Below are positions 8,885 to 17,673 of a DNA stretch of 55,106 bases, piece after piece. A program made the position numbers and the translations under genes. The stretch lies in the NCBI GenBank assembly GCA_964367785.1, contig CAYIZE010000001.1, positions 1-55,106 of the forward strand, given 5' to 3'. This stretch comes from an uncultured Christensenella sp. (GTDB taxonomy: Bacteria; Bacillota; Clostridia; Christensenellales; UBA1242). Position 1 is the stretch's first letter; every line of letters begins with the position of its first letter. The notes below the pieces were generated by a model. The model was not told where the DNA came from and made no database searches. It saw only the letters and a list, made by a program, of their open reading frames with translations.

Positions 8885-9874
8885 TTATTTAAGTGAAACC
8901 AGACCGATTTTCTCATAGACTTCTTTGAGTGTTCTAAGTGCAATCTTGCTTGCCTTTTCTGCGCCCAATTTCATCATCTTGTCGAGATAATCTTTGTTCG
9001 CTTTGAGTTCAATAACTTTTTTTCTAATCGGAGATAATTTTTCGATGACACTTTGTGCTGTCTGTGTTTTTAATTCGCCATATTGACTCCCCTCAAAGTG
9101 CTTTTCAGCGTCTTTAACAGATATTTCCTTCATTGAAGAATAAATCGTCAGCAAATTTGAAACGCCAGGTTGCTCATCGCAAAATTTAATTCTATTTAAA
9201 CTGTCCGTAACTGCTCGTTTAAATTTTTTCATAATAGTGTCATCGTCATCGCTGAGATATATAACATTGTTATCATTATCTTCCGACTTTGACATTTTTT
9301 TTGTGGGGTCAGTTAACCCCATTATTTTTGCACCAGTCTTCGGCAAAACACCTTTTGGCAAAGTGAAAGTATCACCATAGCGAGAGTTAAACCGCTCCGC
9401 AATGTCCCTGCAAATCTCAACGTGTTGCATTTGGTCGATGCCAACCGGCACAACGTCTGTATGATACAAAAGTATGTCGGCAGTCATAAGCATTGGATAT
9501 GCAAAAAGCCCCACCGACACGTTTTCTTTTTTTTGCTTATGGTCTTTAAATTGAGTCATTCTGCTTGCCTCACCAAAATAGGTCAAACAATTCATAATCC
9601 AAGCAAGTTCAGCATGTTCTTTCACCTGAGATTGAATGTAGATTATACTTTTTTCTGGGTCAAGTCCACAGGCAAGAAATGTTGCAAACTGCGTGTATAT
9701 ATTTTCTCTAAGTTCATCGCTATCGATGCTCACTGTGAGAGAGTGCAAATCTGCCACTGCAAAAATAGAATTATAGTTATTTTGCATTTCACACCAATTC
9801 TTAATTGCTCCAATATAATTTCCAAGAGTAAGTTTACCCGTCGGCTTTGTGGCACTATATAAAACTTGCATCAT
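8885..9874 (-). CDS. trpS: Tryptophan--tRNA ligase
   Basis: 329 aa. It has a class-I synthetase signature near the N-terminus (PTGKLTLGNYIGA) and KMSKS (KKMSKSEDN). The overall TrpS size fits. Confidence 0.93.
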   Translation of the reverse strand: MMQVLYSATKPTGKLTLGNYIGAIKNWCEMQNNYNSIFAVADLHSLTVSIDSDELRENIYTQFATFLACGLDPEKSIIYIQSQVKEHAELAWIMNCLTYFGEASRMTQFKDHKQKKENVSVGLFAYPMLMTADILLYHTDVVPVGIDQMQHVEICRDIAERFNSRYGDTFTLPKGVLPKTGAKIMGLTDPTKKMSKSEDNDNNVIYLSDDDDTIMKKFKRAVTDSLNRIKFCDEQPGVSNLLTIYSSMKEISVKDAEKHFEGSQYGELKTQTAQSVIEKLSPIRKKVIELKANKDYLDKMMKLGAEKASKIALRTLKEVYEKIGLVSLK

Positions 9875-9892
9875 TCTCCCCTTAATTGTTTT

Positions 9893-11428
9893 TTATAAAT
9901 CTTTTTTGTCTTGTTTCACTGTTTTTTTGATAGTCCTTTTCACAGTTGTTTTAACCCCTTCTGGATTTGTCTCCTCACTTGTTGCTGTCGCTGTGGTTGT
10001 TGTAACTTTTTTCAGTGATAACTGACTTGTTAAATCATTCTCTTGATTTTCAGTTTGTTTATCTTCATCTGCTAAGTCGGCTTTTATTTTGGTTTTTCTC
10101 GCCGTTTTCCTCGCAGTTGTGCTTACCGCCCTAACCTCTTTTTTATTTGCAACTTTAATTTCATCAAGAGTCCTATTCTCTGGTAAAGTCATACTACTTT
10201 TTTGCCCGTATTTGCTTTTTTCTCTTGAAAGTTTGAGTTGCATCATATATTTCATATGATTTTCTTTAAGTTCAATATTTCCCATAATGATAACGCTAAT
10301 AATGGCAGCAAGTGGAGGTGCAAGCAGCATTCCCATCAGTCCAAACATTGCACCACCTAAAACGATTGACGCTGTGACTATAAGGGCGCTGACTTTCAAT
10401 TTGTTCCCTGTGATTATTGGCACAAGGATATTTAAAACTATGGTGCTAACAATGAATGTGGCAAGAGCCATAAAGAGTGCTGCATCCATTGAGTTGAAGA
10501 TAAGAGTGAAGAGAATTGAAGGCACGACTCCGATGTATATTCCAAAATATGGAATGAAGTTGAAAATGCCAATGATGAGAGCGAGTTCCCAAGTGAACCT
10601 CAAGTCAAGCAGTGAATAAGTGACGCCAAGAGCAATAAACAAAATTGAAAATTCGATTAATTTGCAAATGACATAATCAAAAAGAATTTTTCCAGAATTT
10701 GCAGTTAGGACACACATTTCGTCTGCTCTTTCTTTCTTGAAATTAGCATACACAAAACGTCTGGAAAATCTTGATATTTTTTCTTTGTCTTTCAAAAATA
10801 GAACAGTCAAAATCATTCCCATCAAAAAGTTAATAGCACCAAGCACAAGGCTCATAGAAAATTCCATAAGTCCATCGATATAGAAAACAGTTTCTCTCAA
10901 ACTGTCGAACAGCGATGTCAAAACACCTTTCACACTGCCTTGGTCAACGTCTGCACCAAACCATTTTTGAATTAAAGTTGTAATCTCTGTGACAACATTA
11001 TTCACCATTTGGTCCCAGCCATCTCCTGCGCCCGTAGTCAATTCCTGAATAACGGAAATGATTTTTGGCACGAGAATTGAAAAGATTAAGATGAAAATTG
11101 CAGCAATAATAACAAGAACAGTAAGAATGGAAATTGTTCTCTTTATACTAAACTTGTATGGACTGTTTTTAAAAGCATGTTTCAAAACAACATTTTCAGT
11201 GAAATTGACTAATCTGTGAAAAATAAACGCTCCTGCTATACCTATTAAAAGCGGAGTGATGCCAGAAAGAAGCCCGCTAATGATTTGCGATAGATAAGGA
11301 CTCAGAACATTACTGAGAGCCATTGCTATAAAAAAGGCCCAAAAAATAGCCATAGTCAAACTAAACCATTTTATTTTAAAAGGCGAATTCTTTGAAGTGT
11401 CAAAGTTTTCAAATTTATTTTTTTCCAT
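9893..11428 (-). CDS. AI-2E family transporter (PerM/UPF0118-type permease) with a long charged C-terminal tail
   Basis: Multi-pass membrane ORF with an AI-2E-like core (FNFIPYFGIYIGVVPSILF, MLLAPPLAAIISVII). I place the start at the ATG 11428 (MEKNKFENF...). The track start at 11461 is a TTG with no RBS. The last ~130 residues are Lys/Thr/Glu-rich and non-membrane. Confidence 0.75.
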   Translation of the reverse strand: MEKNKFENFDTSKNSPFKIKWFSLTMAIFWAFFIAMALSNVLSPYLSQIISGLLSGITPLLIGIAGAFIFHRLVNFTENVVLKHAFKNSPYKFSIKRTISILTVLVIIAAIFILIFSILVPKIISVIQELTTGAGDGWDQMVNNVVTEITTLIQKWFGADVDQGSVKGVLTSLFDSLRETVFYIDGLMEFSMSLVLGAINFLMGMILTVLFLKDKEKISRFSRRFVYANFKKERADEMCVLTANSGKILFDYVICKLIEFSILFIALGVTYSLLDLRFTWELALIIGIFNFIPYFGIYIGVVPSILFTLIFNSMDAALFMALATFIVSTIVLNILVPIITGNKLKVSALIVTASIVLGGAMFGLMGMLLAPPLAAIISVIIMGNIELKENHMKYMMQLKLSREKSKYGQKSSMTLPENRTLDEIKVANKKEVRAVSTTARKTARKTKIKADLADEDKQTENQENDLTSQLSLKKVTTTTATATSEETNPEGVKTTVKRTIKKTVKQDKKDL

Positions 11429-11530
11429 ATGCTTTATTATAGTATAAAAGTGAGATAACAAGCAAATAAATAATTGAATTATGCAATTTTTGTTTTAAAT
11501 TATGAAATTAAAACTAAACAAGAAAAATAT

Positions 11531-12013
11531 TTACATTATGTTATCTTTTCCAAAAGATCTTTTCATAATCTCAATAGAATTATTATGTATATTCTTGTTG
11601 CTAGATGAAGAGCCACACAACGAAGATAGAATTATTGGTTTTATATTATTATCAAATAAATTATAAGCAATAGCCATAACACAGGCATCTGTGTCCGTTC
11701 CACACAATTCAATTTCAGTTATATTTTTATCTTTCAAACATTTAATCATTTCAGGAGTCAAACCATAGCCATTTTTTGTAAATATTGTTGAATTATTTAA
11801 AATATCTACAACAATTTGCTGTTCTTCAATTTTGAGCATACCATTCCATTTCAGAATTTCAAGAAAAGGACTGCCAGATTGATTAGTGCATTTTGTATAT
11901 AAAACATTTTTAAAACAATTTGAGTGTAAATAACTATTAACTTTTTCAATTAAAAATTGATTATTTTGATTTATAAAACCCTTTTGCATATCAACTACTA
12001 TTATGTTTTTCAT
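11531..12013 (-). CDS. Isochorismatase-family cysteine hydrolase
   Basis: 160 aa. It has IIVVDMQKGFI (catalytic Asp block) and ELCGTDTDACVMAIAYNLFDNNIKPIILS (nucleophile Cys block). A GAGGAG RBS precedes the ATG at 12013. Confidence 0.8.
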   Translation of the reverse strand: MKNIIVVDMQKGFINQNNQFLIEKVNSYLHSNCFKNVLYTKCTNQSGSPFLEILKWNGMLKIEEQQIVVDILNNSTIFTKNGYGLTPEMIKCLKDKNITEIELCGTDTDACVMAIAYNLFDNNIKPIILSSLCGSSSSNKNIHNNSIEIMKRSFGKDNIM

Positions 12014-12030
12014 TTAAAACTCCTCTAAAA

Positions 12031-12059
12031 AATATATCATATTGTGCAAAAATTTTCAA
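12031..12059 (-). promoter_or_regulatory. Candidate promoter of the hydrolase gene (TTGAAA-17-TATATT, extended -10 TGA)
   Basis: On the minus strand, TTGAAA (12059-12054) is followed by a 17-nt spacer ending in TGA and then TATATT (12036-12031). Confidence 0.4.
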
Positions 12060-12133
12060 TTAAATAGTTGTTAGTGGAAATTTTAGTTATGACTTTTTAC
12101 TAAATATTTTTAAAAATTCATAAAAATAATTCA

Positions 12134-12163
12134 TAAAAAAACACTTTGGAAATTCCAAAGTGT
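12134..12163 (-). terminator. Intrinsic terminator after tuf
   Basis: A perfect 9-bp stem ACACTTTGG/CCAAAGTGT (12141-12149 and 12155-12163) has a 5-nt loop. It starts 21 nt after the tuf stop. On the minus strand it is followed by 7 T (complement of 12134-12140). T-tracts on both sides make it potentially bidirectional. Confidence 0.7.
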
Positions 12164-12183
12164 TTTTATTTTAAAAATTTTGA

Positions 12184-13386
12184 TTAAGCAATGATGTCAA
12201 CAACAACGCCTGAACCAACTGTTCTGCCACCTTCACGGATAGCAAATCTTAACCCTTTTTCGATTGCGATTGGGGTAATGAGTTCAATAGTCATCTTAAC
12301 ATTGTCGCCAGGCATAACCATTTCAACACCTTTTTCAAGTTCAACAGAACCTGTAACGTCAGTTGTTCTGAAATAGAATTGTGGACGATATCCATTAAAG
12401 AATGGAGTATGTCTTCCGCCCTCTTCTTTCTTAAGAACATAGACTTGTGATGTGAATTTTGTGTGTGGTTTGATTGTTCCTGGTTTGCAAAGAACTTGAC
12501 CTCTTTCGATGTCTTTTCTTTCAACTCCACGAAGAAGAACACCAACATTGTCGCCTGATTCTGCTGTGTCAAGAAGTTTTCTGAACATTTCAATTCCAGT
12601 GATAACAGTTGTTTTGTCGGAACCAAGTCCAAGAATTTCCACTGTCTCGCCAATTTTACAAACGCCTCTGTCAACACGGCCAGTAGCCACTGTGCCACGT
12701 CCTGTGATTGTGAAAACATCTTCCACAGGCATCAAGAAAGGTTGATCTGTTGCTCTTTGAGGTTGTGGAATGAATGTGTCGATTGCATTAAGCAATTCTT
12801 CAATACATTTGCATGCAGGATCATCTGGATTTCCTGCTTGAGCGGCTTCAAGAGCCTTCAAAGCGGAACCTTTGATGATTGGAGTGTCGTCTCCTGGGAA
12901 ACCATACTCATTAAGAAGGTCACGAATGTCCATCTCAACAAGGTCAAGTAATTCTGCATCATCGACTTGGTCGACTTTGTTCATAAACACAACGATGTAT
13001 GGAACCCCAACCTGACGAGCGAGCAAAATGTGCTCTCTTGTCTGAGGCATTGGTCCATCAGTTGCAGCAACAACGAGGATTGCTCCGTCCATTTGTGCAG
13101 CACCTGTGATCATATTCTTCACATAGTCTGCGTGTCCTGGGCAGTCAACGTGCGCATAGTGTCTTTTTTCTGTTTGATACTCAACGTGAGAAGTATTGAT
13201 TGTGATTCCTCTTGCCTTTTCCTCTGGTGCCTTATCAATGTCCTCATATTTCATTTTTTGAGCCCAACCCTTTGAAGCACACCAAATTGTGATTGCTGCT
13301 GTCAAAGTTGTTTTGCCGTGATCAACGTGTCCAATAGTTCCAACATTGATGTGTGGCTTACTTCTGTCAAATTTAGTTTTTGCCAT
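12184..13386 (-). CDS. tuf: Elongation factor Tu
   Basis: 400 aa. [33 protein letters not shown]...[26 protein letters not shown]...NKVD is unmistakably EF-Tu. An AGGAGG RBS is present. Confidence 0.98.
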   Translation of the reverse strand: MAKTKFDRSKPHINVGTIGHVDHGKTTLTAAITIWCASKGWAQKMKYEDIDKAPEEKARGITINTSHVEYQTEKRHYAHVDCPGHADYVKNMITGAAQMDGAILVVAATDGPMPQTREHILLARQVGVPYIVVFMNKVDQVDDAELLDLVEMDIRDLLNEYGFPGDDTPIIKGSALKALEAAQAGNPDDPACKCIEELLNAIDTFIPQPQRATDQPFLMPVEDVFTITGRGTVATGRVDRGVCKIGETVEILGLGSDKTTVITGIEMFRKLLDTAESGDNVGVLLRGVERKDIERGQVLCKPGTIKPHTKFTSQVYVLKKEEGGRHTPFFNGYRPQFYFRTTDVTGSVELEKGVEMVMPGDNVKMTIELITPIAIEKGLRFAIREGGRTVGSGVVVDIIA

Positions 13387-13417
13387 ATTATATTATCCTC
13401 CTATAAAAACAAAATCA

Positions 13418-13445
13418 ATTATAATTTATTTTAATTGTATGTCAA
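13418..13445 (-). promoter_or_regulatory. tuf-proximal promoter P2 (TTGACA-16-TATAAT)
   Basis: On the minus strand, TTGACA (13445-13440) is followed by a 16-nt spacer and TATAAT (13423-13418), about 32 nt upstream of the tuf ATG. Confidence 0.5.
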
Positions 13446-13450
13446 GCGTA

Positions 13451-13479
13451 ATTATATGAATATTTTATTTTTTTGTCAA
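13451..13479 (-). promoter_or_regulatory. tuf-distal promoter P1 (TTGACA-17-TATAAT)
   Basis: On the minus strand, TTGACA (13479-13474) is followed by a 17-nt spacer and TATAAT (13456-13451). Both hexamers are full consensus. Confidence 0.5.
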
Positions 13480-13531
13480 ACAAATTTACTCATTTTATTT
13501 AGCGTTAGACATTTTTTACTAAAATATCATT

Positions 13532-15610
13532 TTAGTCTTTTTTTCTTTCTCCCACGATTTTTTCCGCAACGCTCTTAGGCACTTCGGAATAGTGAGAAAA
13601 TTCCATTGTGAATGTTCCTCTGCCCTGCGTTGATGAACGAAGTACAGTGGCATATCCAAACATTTCTGAAAGTGGAACTGTTGCATTGATTGCTATAATT
13701 CCATTTATCGTTTCTGTGCCTTGAAGCACACCACGTCTGCTTGTTATTCCGCCCATAACTGTGCCCAAATAATCTTCTGGCATCTCAACTTGAATTTTCA
13801 TAATAGGTTCAAGTATAACAGGATCTGCTTTCCTTGCTGCTTCTTTAAAAGCCATTGAACCAGCAATTTTGTATGCCATTTCAGATGAGTCAACATCATG
13901 ATAAGATCCATCAAATACAGTCACTCTAAAGTCAACAGTCTCATAGCCAGCAAGAACACCGTTCATTTTCGCTTCTTTAACACCATTGTCGATTGCTGGG
14001 ATATATTCTTTTGGAATTGATCCACCCACAACTTTGTCGACAAATTCATAGCCTTTTCCAGGTTCAAGAGGTTCAAGTTTTATCCAGCAGTGTCCATATT
14101 GTCCATGTCCACCTGTTTGACGAATATATTTTCCTTCTGCTTCCACAGTTTTTTTGATTGATTCTCTATAACTAACTTGTGGTCGTCCCACATTCACTGT
14201 AACACCAAACTCTGTGCGAAGTCTGTCAACAATAACGTTAAGGTATAGTTCACCCATACCTGCAATGATTGTCTGTCCTGAATCTTGATCTGTCCAAGTT
14301 TTGAAAGTTGGATCTTCTTCTGCAAGTTTAACAAGTGCATTCACCATTTTTTCTTGCCCCTGTTTTGTGGTTGGTTCAACCGCAATGTTGATAACAGGTT
14401 CTGGGAATATCATACTTTCCAAAATAACTGGGTGGTCTTGATCACACAAAGTGTTTCCTGTTGTTGTGGCTTTAAGACCCACAATAGCGACAATATCACC
14501 TGCGTATGCTTCGTCAAGATCTTCTCTGTGATTAGCGTGCATTCGAAGCAATCTGCCGACTCTCTCTTTAACTCCTTTAATTGGATTTAAAGTATATGAG
14601 CCTGCTTTTAATGTTCCAGAATAAACTCTGAAATAACTGATTTTCCCAACGAATGGGTCAGTTGCCACTTTAAACACAAGTCCAGACATTTTTTCATTGT
14701 CGTCTGATCTTCTTTTTTCTTCCGTCACTCCGTCAAGTTTTGTGCCAACAACGGCATCAACATCAACTGGGCTTGGAAGATAGTCAACAATAGCGTCAAG
14801 GAGTTTTTGAACTCCCTTATTTTTGAATGAACTTCCGCATGTGACTGGTGTGATTTTCAAAGCAAGAGTTGCTTTTCTAATCGCTAATTTAAGTTCAGGA
14901 ACAGTTATTTCCTCGCCTGCAAAAAACTTTTCAAGCAAAACGTCATCTGTTTCTGCAACTGCTTCCACAAGTTGAGCACGAAATTCTTTTGCTTTTTCCA
15001 TCATATCTTCTGGAATAGGTCCAACAATCATTTCTTTTCCTAAATCATCTTTGTATAGGGTGGACTCCATTTCAACGAGGTCAATAATACCTGTGAAACT
15101 TGTGTCTTGTCCTATTGGAAGTTGAATTGGAACAGCGTTTGCTCTTAGTCTATCCTTCATCATTTCCACTGCTCTATAAAAGTTTGCATCATCTCTGTCC
15201 ATTTTATTTATATATGCAATTCGTGGAACTTTATAAGTGTTTGCTTGTCTCCAAACTGTTTCTGATTGAGGTTGAACTCCTCCTCTTGCACAAAAAACTG
15301 CCACTGCTCCGTCAAGAACTCTAAGACTTCTCTCAACTTCAATCGTGAAGTCAACGTGTCCCGGGGTGTCAATAACGTTGATGATGTGACCTTTCCATTG
15401 TGCTGTGGTGCAAGCACTTGTTATAGTGATGCCCCTTTCCTGTTCTTGTGCCATCCAGTCCATAGTAGCGGCGCCATCATGCACTTCACCAATCTTATGT
15501 GTCCTGCCTGTATAGAACAGAATTCTTTCGGTGGTGGTTGTTTTCCCTGCATCAATGTGTGCCATAATACCAATATTTCTGTATGTTTTTATTGGAAAAC
15601 TTCTAGCCAT
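13532..15610 (-). CDS. fusA: Elongation factor G
   Basis: 692 aa. [24 protein letters not shown]...DTPGHVDFT...NKMDR is typical EF-G, and the gene sits at the conserved position in the str operon. Confidence 0.98.
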   Translation of the reverse strand: MARSFPIKTYRNIGIMAHIDAGKTTTTERILFYTGRTHKIGEVHDGAATMDWMAQEQERGITITSACTTAQWKGHIINVIDTPGHVDFTIEVERSLRVLDGAVAVFCARGGVQPQSETVWRQANTYKVPRIAYINKMDRDDANFYRAVEMMKDRLRANAVPIQLPIGQDTSFTGIIDLVEMESTLYKDDLGKEMIVGPIPEDMMEKAKEFRAQLVEAVAETDDVLLEKFFAGEEITVPELKLAIRKATLALKITPVTCGSSFKNKGVQKLLDAIVDYLPSPVDVDAVVGTKLDGVTEEKRRSDDNEKMSGLVFKVATDPFVGKISYFRVYSGTLKAGSYTLNPIKGVKERVGRLLRMHANHREDLDEAYAGDIVAIVGLKATTTGNTLCDQDHPVILESMIFPEPVINIAVEPTTKQGQEKMVNALVKLAEEDPTFKTWTDQDSGQTIIAGMGELYLNVIVDRLRTEFGVTVNVGRPQVSYRESIKKTVEAEGKYIRQTGGHGQYGHCWIKLEPLEPGKGYEFVDKVVGGSIPKEYIPAIDNGVKEAKMNGVLAGYETVDFRVTVFDGSYHDVDSSEMAYKIAGSMAFKEAARKADPVILEPIMKIQVEMPEDYLGTVMGGITSRRGVLQGTETINGIIAINATVPLSEMFGYATVLRSSTQGRGTFTMEFSHYSEVPKSVAEKIVGERKKD

Positions 15611-15634
15611 TTTATCTCCTTTTTTTGTTTTAAA

Positions 15635-16108
15635 TTACCATTTGAAATGTGCGAATGCTTTGTTTGCTTCTGCCATTCTGTGCATTTCTTCTTTCTTTTT
15701 GATTGCTCCGCCAGCGTTGTTGTAAGCATCCATAATTTCACTTGCCAATTTCTTGTTCATTTCCTTATCTCCGCTTCGCTTTCTTGCAAACGAAACTAAC
15801 CATCTGATAGCCAAAGTTTGGCGTCTGTCAGGTCTTATTTCAGTGGGAACTTGGTATGTTGCTCCACCAACTCTTCTTGATTTTGTCTCCAAAACTGGTT
15901 TTACATTTTCAAGTGCTTTAGTAAAGATTGTCATTGGGTCGGTTCCCAACTTTTCTTTTAAAATATCAAAAGCACTGTAAATAATCCCAAATGAAATTCC
16001 CTTTTTACCATCAAGCATAACTTGATTAACAAGTTTTGTCACGATGATTGAGTTATACATTGGGTCTGGTAAAACTTCGCGTTTTGTAGCACGGTTTCTT
16101 CTAGACAT
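15635..16108 (-). CDS. rpsG: 30S ribosomal protein S7
   Basis: 157 aa. [20 protein letters not shown]...LAIRWLV...AHFKW has the canonical S7 start and end. Confidence 0.97.
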   Translation of the reverse strand: MSRRNRATKREVLPDPMYNSIIVTKLVNQVMLDGKKGISFGIIYSAFDILKEKLGTDPMTIFTKALENVKPVLETKSRRVGGATYQVPTEIRPDRRQTLAIRWLVSFARKRSGDKEMNKKLASEIMDAYNNAGGAIKKKEEMHRMAEANKAFAHFKW

Positions 16109-16179
16109 ATTTTCCTCCTCGTTAAATTTCTGAAAGACTCCTTTAGAGTCTTATTATTAAAAAAAATAAATTGTTCTAA

Positions 16180-16551
16180 TTATTTAGCCTTTTTTGCGCC
16201 ATATTTCGAGCGTGATTGTTTGCGTTTTGCAACGCCAGCAGCATCAAGAGTACCACGAATAATGTGATATCTCACGCCGGGTAAGTCTTTGACTTTTCCG
16301 CCACGAATAAGCACAACACTGTGTTCTTGTAAGTTGTGACCTTCACCCGGGATATAGGCTGTGCCTTCTTGCCCGTTTGATAACTTTACTCTTGCAATTT
16401 TTCTTAAAGCAGAGTTAGGTTTTTTAGGTGAAGTGGTGGTAACAGAAAGACAAACACCTCTTTTTTGTGGATTTTGTTCCAAAATAGGGGTTTTAGACTT
16501 TTTTGTAACCTTGCTTCTGCCAAGCCTTACTAACTGATTGATTGTAGGCAT
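16180..16551 (-). CDS. rpsL: 30S ribosomal protein S12
   Basis: 123 aa. MPTINQLVR...[15 protein letters not shown]...[34 protein letters not shown] is canonical S12. An AAGGAGG RBS is present. Confidence 0.97.
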   Translation of the reverse strand: MPTINQLVRLGRSKVTKKSKTPILEQNPQKRGVCLSVTTTSPKKPNSALRKIARVKLSNGQEGTAYIPGEGHNLQEHSVVLIRGGKVKDLPGVRYHIIRGTLDAAGVAKRKQSRSKYGAKKAK

Positions 16552-16574
16552 ATTTTCCTCCTTAATTATTGTGC

Positions 16575-16611
16575 GAGAATTTTTTAAATTGCAACCGATA
16601 AAAAAATTCTC
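16575..16611 (-). promoter_or_regulatory. 11-bp hairpin in the rpsL 5' leader, 13 nt upstream of the RBS
   Basis: GAGAATTTTTT (16575-16585) pairs perfectly with AAAAAATTCTC (16601-16611) across a 15-nt loop. On the minus strand the 3' arm is followed by GCACAATAATTAAGGAGG-N6-ATG. There is no U-tract, so it is not a terminator. Confidence 0.3.
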
Positions 16612-16780
16612 TCTTAAAAAAATTTTTAAGTCCTAAAAAAGAAAGTGGAATTAATTTCTTTTAAAACATAAAAAGTCTTTTAAGTATGCAAGACCATCTT
16701 GCTAGAACAATTTATTTTGCGTTCCAAACAAATAAACTGATTGTTTATAGACGCGTTATACGCCATATTACAACGAAATA

Positions 16781-16809
16781 ATATTAACAAAATAACAAAA
16801 AAAAGTCAA
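16781..16809 (-). promoter_or_regulatory. Candidate str-operon promoter (TTGACT-17-TAATAT)
   Basis: On the minus strand, TTGACT (16809-16804) is followed by a 17-nt spacer and TAATAT (16786-16781). The -35 hexamer forms the 3' arm of the preceding terminator hairpin. This would give a leader of about 225 nt before rpsL. Confidence 0.35.
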
Positions 16810-16823
16810 CACCTATTTGACTT
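16797..16823 (-). terminator. Intrinsic terminator after the HicB-like gene
   Basis: On the minus strand, AAGTCAA-ataggtg-TTGACTT (7-bp stem, 16803-16823) is followed by 6 more T (complement of the A-run 16797-16802). Confidence 0.55.
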
Positions 16824-16895
16824 TTTCTATATTATTTCTCATTTATTTTAAGAATTACTGCAAAAAATTATTCAAAAAGAAAATTTTTAATATTT

Positions 16896-17177
16896 TTAGT
16901 CGATTTTCTTAATGTTATTTTTAACTTCTGCATCAACAAGCATTACAATGTCTTCCTTATGCTGTTCTCTTGCTTCAAGAAATGTTCTTGGCTTTTCCAA
17001 AACTTCTCCATACATTTTACACGAAAGTTTGCAATAGTCTCTAAGATATCTTCTGGCAATATAAAACGCTTCTTCCACTGTTTTGCCTTGACAAAAAAGA
17101 CTAAGGTCGTCGAACGCCACAATAAAATTATCGTTTTCTTCGTCTTTATAAAATGTTGCTGGGAAAATATACTCCAT
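16896..17177 (-). CDS. HicB-fold (UPF0150-type) small protein, no visible DNA-binding domain
   Basis: 93 aa. MEYIFPATFYKDEENDNFIVAFDDLSLFCQGKTVEEAFYIARRYLRDY matches the HicB N-terminal fold pattern (y.pa.f..de.g.y.v.fPDlpgc.t.G.t.eEA...A...L) by eye. It has its own promoter, RBS and terminator. Confidence 0.6.
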   Translation of the reverse strand: MEYIFPATFYKDEENDNFIVAFDDLSLFCQGKTVEEAFYIARRYLRDYCKLSCKMYGEVLEKPRTFLEAREQHKEDIVMLVDAEVKNNIKKID

Positions 17178-17201
17178 AATTTAACACCTTTCTTCAAAAT
17201 T

Positions 17202-17230
17202 ATTCTATCATAGTATAATTTTTATGTAAA
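17202..17230 (-). promoter_or_regulatory. Promoter of the HicB-like gene (TTTACA-17-TAGAAT, extended -10 TGA)
   Basis: On the minus strand, TTTACA (17230-17225) is followed by a 17-nt spacer ending in TGA and then TAGAAT (17207-17202). Confidence 0.45.
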
Positions 17231-17240
17231 ACAAAATGCA

Positions 17241-17266
17241 CAAAAAAAACCACAATAAAGTGGTTC
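17241..17266 (-). terminator. Intrinsic terminator after the 89-aa gene
   Basis: On the minus strand, (G)AACCAC-tttatt-GTGGTT(T) (17248-17265) is followed by a run of about 7 T. Confidence 0.5.
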
Positions 17267-17287
17267 TTTTTTTATTTTTTAAAAAAA

Positions 17288-17557
17288 TTACATTACGAGT
17301 TCTTCTTCAACATCTTTTTTACGATTTTCTTGGATTTCAATTAATCTTTTTAAAGATTTTACATTTCCGCTATAATGCACACCGTCAATAGTGACATTGA
17401 CATAAGGACCTTGCTCCTTAAATGCCTTGTTAATCTCAGCGATTGATTGAGCCAACGTATGTTTTTCTGAGCAAACGCTTTTTCCCATTTCTTTTGCACG
17501 AGCCTCTGCATTCTTATCTGAGATCATTTCAGCTACTTTATTTTTGTTATTAATCAT
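17288..17557 (-). CDS. Hypothetical 89-aa protein
   Basis: I place the start at the ATG 17557 (MINNKNKVAEM...), which has AAGGAG 6 nt upstream. The track's TTG start at 17572 actually contains that RBS. I recognise no family. The protein is Lys/Glu-rich and soluble-looking. Confidence 0.6.
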   Translation of the reverse strand: MINNKNKVAEMISDKNAEARAKEMGKSVCSEKHTLAQSIAEINKAFKEQGPYVNVTIDGVHYSGNVKSLKRLIEIQENRKKDVEEELVM

Positions 17558-17605
17558 TCTTTTCTCCTTCAATGTTGTTTATCAATAATTTCTTTTGATA
17601 TGTGT

Positions 17606-17634
17606 ATTCTATCACACAAAAACACTGTTGTCAA
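17606..17634 (-). promoter_or_regulatory. Promoter of the 89-aa gene (TTGACA-17-TAGAAT, extended -10 TGA)
   Basis: On the minus strand, TTGACA (17634-17629) is followed by a 17-nt spacer ending in TGA and then TAGAAT (17611-17606). It lies directly after the rpoC terminator. Confidence 0.5.
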
Positions 17635-17638
17635 TAGC

Positions 17639-17667
17639 AAAAAATCTCACATATTTGTGAGATTTTT
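17639..17667 (-). terminator. Intrinsic terminator after rpoC
   Basis: The stem TCTCACA/TGTGAGA (17645-17651 and 17656-17662) has a 4-nt loop and is extendable by A-U pairs to 11 bp. On the minus strand it is followed by TTTTTT. It starts 8 nt after the rpoC stop. Confidence 0.7.
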
Positions 17668-17673
17668 AACTTT

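Noticed and set aside
9875-9892. Expected T-box leader upstream of trpS.
   Set aside because: Only 18 nt separate trpS from the preceding permease gene. There is no room for a T-box, so the genes appear to be co-transcribed.
12291-12719. 142-aa minus-strand ORF, plus several plus-strand ORFs overlapping tuf. Similar overlapping ORFs occur in fusA, rpoC and rpoB (e.g. 15266-15799, 18250-18792, 21818-22591).
   Set aside because: They are out-of-frame or antisense to unmistakable, highly conserved genes. No independent start signals are present.
13518-13536. Hairpin ACTAAAAT-atc-ATTTTAGT at the end of fusA as a possible fusA terminator.
   Set aside because: It is all A/T, it overlaps the fusA stop codon, and it has no U-tract on the coding strand. 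It is unlikely to terminate.
17288-17557. The 89-aa protein as the HicA toxin partner of the adjacent HicB-fold protein.
   Set aside because: I cannot see HicA hallmarks in its sequence. The two genes are separated by a terminator and an independent promoter. I kept it only as an open question in the findings.
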